Of a stretch of DNA of 64,000 bases, positions 48,389 to 59,200 are shown piece after piece; the first letter of the stretch is position 1; the number at the start of each line of letters is the position of its first letter. The notes beneath the pieces are model-generated. The model was not told where the DNA came from, made no database searches, and saw nothing but the letters and a program-made list of their open reading frames with translations. Made by a program: the position numbers and the translations under genes. The DNA comes from an uncultured Armatimonadetes bacterium (GTDB lineage: Bacteria > Armatimonadota > UBA5829 > DTJY01), in the NCBI GenBank assembly GCA_963717145.1, contig OY970325.1:2656001-2720000 (forward strand). Direction: 5' to 3'.

Positions 48389-51300
48389 ATGGCTGCAAAG
48401 AAAATACGCGCAAACGCAAACATACTCGGCCTGCTGATATGCATACTCCTCGGGTACACCACCGGTGGCCTCGCATCGGCGTCTCCGATCCCGGGAACGG
48501 AGTTCAGCATCGCGAGCATAACCGGCACAGCGCGATACGCACAGGAATACGTTGATGTCTGCGCCGGCGGCGGAATGTACCTCGCGGTATGGCAGGACAA
48601 ACGCAGCAACGTCGATTACGATATCTATGGTATTCTGCTCGACGCCAACGGGGTGGCACTTACCGCAGAGTCGTTCCTCATATCCAAGATGGTCGGGGGA
48701 GCAGCTGCACCGAGCGACCAGTTGTACCCCGCTGTCGGATTCAACGGCACGAACTTCCTCGTTGCCTGGGCAGATCGCCGGGCAGCCAATCTCGTCTACC
48801 GGATTTATGCGACGCGAGTCACCACAGCAGGAGAGGTCCTTGACCCGGACGGCATTGCATTCCCGACTGCACCGACGCCGACCGACCAGTTCGTACCGCA
48901 GATCGCTTCCAACGGAATCGGCTGGGAAGTGGTCTGGCAGGAGAAGAGTTCGACGGGAAGCGATGACGTGTACGGCATAGCGGTCAGCAGTTCCGGCACC
49001 ATGGGCAGTCGAGTTGCCATTGCCTACAGAGTAGACAACGAGCAGTGGCCGACCATCGCCTGGAATGGCACCAACTTCCTCGTAGTATGGCAGGATCTCC
49101 GCAACGCAGAATCGACGGGCACGGATATCTATGGCAGCCGGCTCACCTCGGCGGGCGCGAAGGTCGCCGGCTCGGAGAAGATGATCTCGACTGCAGTCGG
49201 CTCATCAACGAATGGAGCGGCCGGACCGCAGACCGTTCCATCGGTAGCGGCAAACGGATCCGGGACCTGGCTGATCGTGTGGCAGGATGCCCGAGGCGCC
49301 GACGATGACATCTACTGCGCACGGATGAACAGCGCGGGGACAGTGCAGGACCTGGGGGGAGTCCTCGTCTCGTCGGTGACGAACGACCAGGAGGAACCGA
49401 GCGTCGGATGGGACGGCACGAACTTCCTGGCCGCCTGGCGGGATAAGAACGCAGCCTATGGAATCCGAGGCGCTCGCATCAACTCGAGCGCGGTGGTCCA
49501 GGATGCCTCCGGTATACTGATCACCAGCGCTGCGGTCGGTCAGTATGGTCCCGCAATCGCCAGTCAGAGCGGGAGCAGCCTGGTTGGTCTGTACACTCTG
49601 GACATGAGTCCGAACGTCTATGGCGTGCGCGTGACCTCGGCCGGAGTCGTAGGCAGTCTGACCGAATGGTCGATCTGCTTCCAGGACCAGCCGCAGTTCA
49701 GCGCGGCATTCGACGGCACCAACTACACGGTTGCCTGGGCTGACCGCAGGTCGGGCATGTACCGGGTATACGCCGCCAGGGTCTCCACGAGCGGCACGGT
49801 TCTCGATGCCGGCGGAGTGCTGGTAACGACCACGGCAACAGGAGATCAGACGGAGCCGGCGATCTCATGGAACGGCACCAACTACCTTGTGGTCTGGACC
49901 GAGCAGGGCGCCACATCCTCCGACGTCAAAGGCATGAGACTGACGACGGCTCTTGCGCGAGTCGATGCCGGTCCGCTGAATCTGTGCGTCCTCGATCTCG
50001 ATCAGCATTCGCCTGCGGTAGCATGGAGCGGAACAAACTGGCTTGTGGCCTGGGTGGATTACAGGAGCGCGGTGGCGCCGAACTACTACTGCGACATTCG
50101 CGGTGCGAGGGTCACCGCCGCCGGCGCCATAACGGCGGTCTCTGCGATCGCCGGCGCGGACAACAATCAGTTCGCACCGAGCGTGGCTTCGTGCGGCGGG
50201 AATTTCCTCGTGGCCTGGGAGGACTATCGCAGCGGATCAGCCGTCGTTTACTGCAGTCGGGTTACGAGCACCGGTACAATCCAGGACGGCGCTGGAGTCC
50301 AGGTTCCGTGGACGGCTTACAACAATATTCAGCCCAAAGTGGCATCCGACGGAACGAACTACTTCATAGTGTGGAGCGACAAGCGCGCCGGTTGGTCGAA
50401 CGACAACATCTATGGAGTCCGCATGTCGACAGCCGCGGCACGTCTCGATCCGGCGGATATCCTCGTATGCGGCGCGACGAAGGGCCAGGTGGCCCCATCA
50501 GCTTTCTGGAACGGAACCAACTACCTGGTCGCATGGCAGGACTACCGCAATTCAACTACTGCCGGGTACGATATCTACCTCAACCAGGTGAGCGCCGCCG
50601 GGGCGGTTGTCGATCCAGCCGATAGACTCATCTCCGGCGGACCCCATTCGGAGGTCAACCCTGCAATCCTCGCGACGGGAGGACAGGGGCTGGCGCTCTA
50701 CAGCAACTTCGTTAACGCTACGTATCGGACCGCGGGCGAATTCTCTCCGAGCCGCCACCCGTTCCGGCGGTGACGGACGATGGCGCGTACAGCATGAGCC
50801 CCAACTCGCTGCATGCGACTTGGAGCGCAGCGCCCAGGGAGGCTGAGGTCGCCGAGTACCGATACGCGATCGGCACCACCGCCGGAGGTACCGAGATTGT
50901 CGGATGGACATCCGCAGGTCTTCTGACCGGAGTCACCCACATCGGTCTGTCGCTTACTGACGGTGTGATCTACTACTTCGCCGTCCAGACAAGGAATGCG
51001 TCCGGCACGTGGGGCGATCCGGGGATGAGCGATGGCATCATGGTCGATGCGAGCGCTCCAACAATACCGTCCGTCACCGATGACGGCGCTTATCTGACAT
51101 CCAACAGCCTCCACGCAACCTGGAGTTCCGGAGATCCGCACACCGGCATCCAGGAATACCAGTACGCGATCGGAACATCGTCCGGGGCAATCGATGTTGT
51201 CGGCTGGACATCAACCGGCACGGGCACAGGAATCACGAGATCTGACCTGACGCTCGCCGACGGGACGTCCTACTTCTTCTCGGTCAAGGCCAGGAACGCC

Positions 51301-54300
51301 GCCGGAGGGTGGAGCGTCCCCGGAAACAGCAATGGGATCATGCACGACGCATCCGCTCCTTCAACGCCGGTCGTCACGGATGACGGCGCATACACCGCGA
51401 GTTCGGCGTCGCTCCATGCAGCATGGACGTCATCCGATCCACACAGCGGAATCCAGGAGTATCAGTACGCGATAGGTACTACGGTTGGCGGGATCGATAT
51501 CGTGGGCTGGACGTCCACAGGCACGACCACCGAAGTGACAAAGGCAGGACTATCGCTCACCGACGGCACGACCTATTACTTCTCAGTGAAGGCAAGGAAC
51601 GGCGCAGGCGCATGGAGCACCGCCGGAGACAGCGACGGCATCGCGGTCGATACGTCTGCTCCCACGGCGCCGGTTGTCACTGACGACGGCGCTTACACTA
51701 CAGACGTGACATCACTTCACGCGACTTGGACGGGCTCTGAATCTGAGAGCGGCATCGATGAGTATCAGTATGCGATCGGTACCTCGATGGGCGGAAACAA
51801 CATCGTGGACTGGACGTCCACCGGCACCACCGCAGAGGTGACGCACACGGGGTTATCGCTCAGCGACGGCACGACCTACTACTTCTCAGTGAAGGCAAAG
51901 AACGGAGCAGGCACTGGGGCGCCGTGGGGAACAGCGACGGGATCATGGTCGACACATCTGCTCCCACAACGCCGGGGGTCACTGATGATGGAGTCTACAC
52001 CACAAGTGCCACGACCCTTCATGCGACTTGGACCGCTTCCGATCCTCAGAGCGGAATTCAGGAGTACCTGTATGCGATCGGTACCTCCATCGGCGGAAAC
52101 AACATAGTAGACTGGACGACCACGGGCACGACAGCCGGGGTCACCAGGACGGGACTATCGCTGATCGATGGAACAGCCTACTACTTCTCCGTGAGGGCAA
52201 GGAATGGCGCGGGAGCCTTGGGCACCGCCGGAAATAGCGACGGTATCACCGCTGACGCGTCTGCTCCCTCGACGCCGGTTGTGACTGACGATGGAGCTTA
52301 CACCACGAGTTCAACGTCCCTGCACGCGACCTGGACCGCTTCGGATCCTCAGAGCGGAATCGTGGAGTATCAGTATGCTATAGGTACTTCTGTTGGCGGG
52401 AACAACATCGTGGATTGGACCTCCACAGGGACGACAGCCGGGGTCACCAGGACGGGACTATCGCTGATCGATGGAACAGCCTACTACTTCTCCGTGAGGG
52501 CAAGGAACGGAGCGGGAACCTGGGCCACTGCCGGAAACAGCAACGGTATCACCGCCGACGTGTCTGCTCCCCCGACACCGGTCGTGACTGATGACGGCTC
52601 ATACACTACGAGTTCAACGTCCCTGCATGCAGCCTGGACCGCCGCCGATCCTCAGAGCGGCATCCAGGAGTATCAGTATGCGATCGGTACTTCCATCGGC
52701 GGGAACAACATAGTAGATTGGACATCCACAGGCACGACAGCCTCGGTCACCAGGACGGGACTGGCGCTGATCGATGGAACGGCCTACTTCTTCTCAGTGA
52801 GGGCAAGGAACGGCGCAGGCACATTGAGCACCGCCGGGAACAGCGACGGCATCGTGGCCGACACGACTCCTCCCACCAGACCGGTGGTCGTTGATGATGG
52901 CGACTACATGAACCACACCACCTTGCACGCAACCTGGACATCTGGAGACCCGCACAGCGGCATCCAGGAATACCAGTACGCGCTCGGTACTACTCTCGGC
53001 GGAAACAACGTACTGGACTGGACATCCACTGGCACGACAGCCGCGGTCTCGAAGACAGGATTGTCGCTCACAGATGGACTGACATACTACTTCATGGTGA
53101 GGGCGAGGAACGGAGCGGGAGACTGGAGCCTCGCAGGGAACAGCAACGGGATCATAGTCGATGCGTCCGCTCCCACTACGCCCGTAGTCATGGACGACGG
53201 CCTATACACCTCGAGTTCCACTTCGCTTCATGCCACGTGGACCACATCATCCGATCCACACAGTGGCATCCTGGAGTATCAATATGCCATAGGCACCTCC
53301 ATCGGCGGGAGCAACATTGTGGACTGGACGTCGACAGGCCTGAGCACTGCGGTCACAAAGACAGGGCTATCGCTCATCGATGGGGCGACGTACTACTTCT
53401 CGGTGAGGGCCAGGAACGGCTCGGATATGTATAGCTCTGCCGGAAACAGCGATGGTATCACGGCGGAGGGATCTCCTCCCACGACACCGGTTGTGACTGA
53501 TGACGGCGCATACACCACGAGTTCAACGTCCCTGCATGCAAGCTGGACGTCATCCGATCCTCAGAGCGGAATCGTGGAGTACCAGTATGCCATAGGTACT
53601 TCTGTCGGCGGGAACAACATCGTAGATTGGACGTCCACGGGGACGACAGCCTCGGTCACCAGGACAGGACTGTCGCTGATCGACGGAACGGCTTACTACT
53701 TCTCGGTGAAGGCCAGGAACGGCGCGGGAGCTGGAGCCTCTCAGGGAACAGCAACGGGATCGTGGTCGACGGATCCGCTCCCTCGACACCAGTTGTGACA
53801 GATGACGGCTCATACACTACGAGTTCAACGTCCCTGCACGCGACCTGGACCGCTTCGGATCCTCAGAGCGGCATCCAGGAGTACCAGTATGCGATCGGTA
53901 GTTCCATCGGAGGGAACAACATCGTGGACTGGACGTCAACAGGCACGACAACCGGAGTCACCAGGACAGGGCTGTCGCTGATCGACGGGACGGCCTACTT
54001 CTTCTCGGTGAGGGCCAGGAACGGCGCGGGAGCCTGGGGTACTTCCGGAAACAGCAACGGGATCGTGGTCGACGGATCCGCTCCCTCGACGCCGGTTGTG
54101 ACTGATGATGGGGTCTACACCACAAATGCAACGACCCTTCATGCGACATGGACCGCTTCCGATCCTCAGAGCGGAATCGTGGAGTACCTGTATGCGATCG
54201 GTACTTCCATCGGAGGGAACAACATCGCGGAGTGGACGTCCACGGGCACGACAGCCGGGGTCACCAGGACGGGACTATCACTGATCGACGGAACGGCCTA

Positions 54301-56217
54301 CTACTTCTCGGTGAGGGCAAGGAATGGCGCGGGAGCCTTGGGCACTGCCGGGAATAGCGACGGTATCACCGCTGACGCATCTGCTCCCTCGACGCCGGTT
54401 GTGACTGACGATGGAGCTTACACCACGAGTTCGACATCCCTGCATGCGACTTGGACCGCTTCGGATCCTCAGAGTGGCATCGTGGAGTACCAGTATGCCA
54501 TAGGTGATTCTATCGGCGGGAACAACATAGTAGACTGGACCTCCACAGGCACGACAGCCTCGGTCACCAGAACAGGACTGTCACTCGTCGACGGGACGAC
54601 CTACTACTTCTCAGTGAGGGCCAGGAATGGCGCGGGAACCTGGGCACCGCCGGAAACAGCAACGGTATCGCAGCCGACGCGTCCGCTCCCACGATACCGG
54701 TTGTCCTTGATGATGGAGCCTACACCTCGAATACGACGACCCTGCATGCAAGCTGGGGCGCCTTCGATCCTCAGAGCGGCATCCAGGAGTACCAGTATGC
54801 GATCGGTACTTCCATCGGAGGGAACAACATCGTGGACTGGACGTCCACAGGCACGACAACCGGAGTCACCAGGACGGGGCTGTCGCTTACCGACGGGACG
54901 GCCTACTTCTTCTCCGTGAGGGCAATGAACGGCGCGGGAGCCTGGGGTACTTCCGGAAACAGCGACGGTATCACCGCTGACGCGTCTGCTCCTTCGACGC
55001 CGGTAGTCACGGACGATGGCGCATACACCTCTAGTTCAACATCACTCCATGCGACCTGGACCGCGTCTTCCGATCCGCACAGCGGCATTCAGGAGTATCA
55101 GTACGCGATCGGTACCTCCGTTGGCGGAAACAACATCGTGGACTGGACGACCACAGGAATGAGCACTGCGGTCACCAAGACAGGGCTATCGCTCGTCGAT
55201 GGGACAACCTACTACTTCTCGGTGAAGTCGAGGAACGGCTGCCGGTGCCGGGGCACTGCCGGAAACAGTGACGGAATCACCATGGCCTCGGATCCTCCGT
55301 CGACGCCGGTGGTCACTGACGACGGCGACTACACGCTGCCGGATATGCTCCATGCGACATGGGTCGTCGCGAATCCGCACGGGGCCATCATGGAGTATCA
55401 GCTTTCGATCGGAACGTCGGTCGGAGGAACCGATATTCTGGGCTGGACCTCCGCCGGGACTGCTACCGATGTCACGCGGACTCTGCTCTCCCTCGAAGAG
55501 GGCAACACGTATTACATGAACGTCAAAGCCCGAAATGCCGCCGGACTCTGGAGCGCAGTCGGCTCGAGCAATGGGATCGTAGTCCCGCCCGCATTCGCAT
55601 CCATCCTGGACGCGAAGTCAGTGCCGAACGGACAGGGGATGAGGCTGAGCGGCAAGGTGGTCACAGCCGGCACCGCGAGCCTTCCCGACCTGCCCGGACC
55701 GGCCTACTTCTACATCCAGGAATCGAGTGGCATCATCGGCATCAAGGTCGTCAACTCGACGACGATCGCGACCGGAAGTATCGTCGATATCGCCGGTGTG
55801 ATCGAGGCTCCGGACGGGGAGCGACAGATCACCGCTTCCGTCACAAGGGTGGTCGGACCGAGCGGAACAGTGCCTGGCGCTATCAATATGGCCGACAAAG
55901 CGATCGGCGGCGCCGCGCTCAATCTGTACACACCCGGCGTATACATGGACTCCGGCCCACATAATGTGGGTTCAATTATCAAAAGTTGGGGTAAAGTAAC
56001 ATACGCTGGAGGGGTAGGCGTAGACTACTTCTACCTGAACGGCGGCTGCTTCCTGAGGGATGGATCAGGCCACGTAGGCATCAAAATCTACTGCGGCACA
56101 CTCACGAAACCGGCTGTCGGTTCCTCCGTACTCGTAACGGGCATCAGTTCCTGTGAACCGTTCTCCAGCAATCTGGTGCGCCGAGTGCTCGCCACGGAGA
56201 TAATCGAATACCCATAG
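48389..56217 (+). CDS. Giant secreted surface protein (~2600 aa): WNGTN(F/Y)LVAW.D.R repeats, 16 FN3-like repeats, shared C-terminal module; frameshifts near 50750, 51915, 53730, 54645
   Basis: ORFs 48356, 50770, 51924, 53627 and 54832 join into one continuous repeat register; signal peptide at the start. Confidence 0.8.
50770..55590 (+). repeat. Coding tandem repeat, ~295-bp unit x16
   Basis: Unit P.V.DDG.YT.....LHA.W...DP.SGI.EYQYAIGT..GG..IVDWTSTG...YYFSV.ARNGAG...GNS.GI; several units are very similar at DNA level. Confidence 0.9.
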
Positions 56218-56236
56218 CGAAGGATGTGTTGACCGA

Positions 56237-59200
56237 TTGACTGTGGACAGACTGCTGTCCCGAATCAAGCCGACGTTGTGCAGCGCGCTCATTGCGAGCG
56301 CGCTGCTATTCGCATCTGAGGCCGTTAATGCTGAGCTTGCGTCAGGAATCTGGCCCAAGTTTCACGCCAATACTCGCAACACGGGTCTGAGCACCATCAA
56401 CGGGCCCGACGGTGACAGCCTGGACTGGATGTTCACTACCGGCGGCGAGATCGCATCATCCCCCGCCATCGCACCGAACGGCAGGATCTACTTCACTTCC
56501 CGAGACCAGTATCTGTATGCAGTGAATCCTGACGGAACGATGGCCTGGCGCTATGACATCAACACGACCCTCGCGGCCTCATCGCCGGCGATTGGCGCAG
56601 ACGGCACCGTGTACGTGGGCTCCGAGGATCTCTACATCTACGCCATCAACGCCGACGGAACGCTGAAGTGGCGCAAGGGGCTTGGCGGGCAGATCTCGTC
56701 ATCTCCTACGATCGGCTCGGACGGCAGGATCTACGTAGGGGTAGCGAACGGCAGATTGTATGCTCTGAACCCCGATGGCGTCATCGCCTGGGGATTTCAG
56801 ACGGGCGCGGCTGTCGTATCCTGTGCGGCCATCGGCTCGGATGGCACAATCTACGTGACATCCAAGGACTACTACTTCTACGCATTGACTCCGGGCGGCT
56901 CGATGCGTTGGCGGTTCGCCACCGGCAACAGGATCGAATCATCGCCCGCAATCAGCGATGCCGGCATGCTGGTCTTCGGAAGCGACGATGGTAAGCTCTA
57001 CTCCAGAACACCGACCAACGGTGCGAACTGGAGCTACACCATCGGCTCGATAGTGAGATCGTCACCCGCTTTCGGCCCGGACGGCACAGTCTACGTCGGA
57101 GCGGACGACGGCTACCTCTATGCCTTCCAGGCGAATGGCGTGTTCAAGTGGCGCTACAACACCGGGGGAGTCGTCAGGTCGTCGCCCGCAGTCGGCAGCG
57201 ATGGCGTTGTCTATGTGGGCTCGCAGGATCACGGCATCTACGCGATCAACCCGGACGGCACGCTCCGATGGCGACACGATACCGGAGGGCAGGTCAACTC
57301 CTCACCGGCTATCGGAGCCGGCGGCAAGCTGTATGCGGCTTCTCTGGATGGCAAGCTGTATGCCTTCAGGAGCGATCTGACGCCCCCATCGCAGCCCTCG
57401 GTGGTCGATGATGGAAACTACTCCACGAGTGCGAACTCCCTTCATGCCCTGTGGAGTTCATCGGATCCCCAGTCGGGAATCGCCGAATACGTATATGCGA
57501 TCGGCACGCAGCCGCAGTTCACCGACGTGGCCGGCTGGACATCTGCGGGAACTGCGACCGAGATAACTCGCGGCGGGCTCCCCCTAATCAACGCGACCGT
57601 TTACTACATCTCTGTGAAGGCACGGAACGGCGCGGGTCTCTGGTCCGAGATCGGCTCGAGCGACGGCGTAGTGGTGGACTTCACCGCACCGACTATCCCG
57701 ATCGTGACCGACGACGGAGCGTTCACAGCATCCCCGAGTACTCTCCATGCTTCGTGGAGCGCATCCGACCCGGAAACCGGCGTGGCGGCATATGAGTATT
57801 GCATAGGAACGAGCCCCGGTTCGACCGACGTCTCGGCCTGGACATCTGCGGGCACTTCGGCGGAGGTGACCAGGACTGATCTGAGCCTGACGAGCGGGAC
57901 CACCTGCTACTTCGCAGTCCGAGCGAGAAGCGTCGCCGGGCTGTGGAGCGACCCCGGGATCAGCGATGGAATCGTCATCGACCTGACACCACCTCCTGCG
58001 CCAATTGCCTCCGACGACGGAGATTACACATCGAGCCCGGATTCGCTCCGTGCCTCCTGGACCGCGAGCGATCCGGAGTCGGGCATCACGGGATATGAGT
58101 ATTCGATCGGATCCACGCTCGGGGGCGATGACATCGTGGGATGGACACCGATCGGAGTCGCGACCGAGGTCACCGCCGGCGGATTGTCGCTCTCCTCCGA
58201 CACGACTTACTACTTCTCCGTCCGTGCCTTGAACGCCGCCGGTCTGTGGAGCGATCCCGGAAACAGCAACGGGATCACCGTTGACCTGTCCCAGCCTTCG
58301 ACTCCGACAGTGACGGACGATGGAGTCGCCACATCCTCGCCAGGCGCACTGCACGCCGCGTGGTCATCCGGCGATGCAGAGAGTGGTATCGTCGAGTACA
58401 GCTATGCGATCGGCACATCGCCCGGAGCCACCGACGTCGCCGGGTGGACATCCGCCGCAAGTGCGACCGAAGTCACGCGGGACAACCTGAGCCTGGTCAG
58501 CGGAACGACCTACTACTTCGCAGTGAAGGCACGAAACGGCGCGGGCCAATGGTCGGTGGTAGGTATGAGCGATGGCATTCTCGTGGACCTCACCGCCCCG
58601 ACTGCGCCCGTCGTCACCGATGACGGCCAGTTTACCGTGTCGGGGGATACTCTTCACGCAGCGTGGAGCGCTTCTGATCCCGAAACCGGAGTCTCGGCAT
58701 ACGAGTACTGCATCGGAACCGGGCCTGCTCTCACTGATGTCATTCCGTGGACTTCGACAGGCGTCTCGACGGAGGTCACGCGAAACGGACTGGTTCTCTC
58801 GAGCGGAACGACCTACTACTTCGGGGTGCGAGCGAAGAACGGCGTCGGGCTCTGGAGCATAGTCGGGGCAAGCGATGGCATCCTGGCAGATCGCACTGCG
58901 CCCGGCACGCCGATCGTCACAGATGACGGCCAATTCACCTCGGCGACAAACAGGCTTCACGCTTCGTGGACAGCGACCGACGCGGAGTCAGGGATCATTG
59001 AGTATCAATACTCTGTCGGGACGTCCAACGACGGCACGGATATCGTCGGATGGACCTCGGCCGGCGCCGCGACCGAGGTCACCATCGAGGGGCTTTCACT
59101 CTCCGACGGCGGAACGTACTACATCTCCGTACGCGCCAAGGACAACGTCGGCTGGTGGGGTGCTCCCGGGAGCAGCGACGGGATCACCGTTGATCTCTCG

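Noticed and set aside
50770-55590. CRISPR-like or DGR-like repeat array
   Set aside because: The units are ~295-bp coding repeats with synonymous variation; no spacers, cas genes, reverse transcriptase or adenine-specific variation were seen.
695-56217. About 13 frameshifts read as pseudogenes, phase variation or programmed frameshifting
   Set aside because: They are single-base shifts spread over unrelated genes, with no in-frame stops or decay, several in homopolymer or CCTGG contexts. Sequencing error is more parsimonious.
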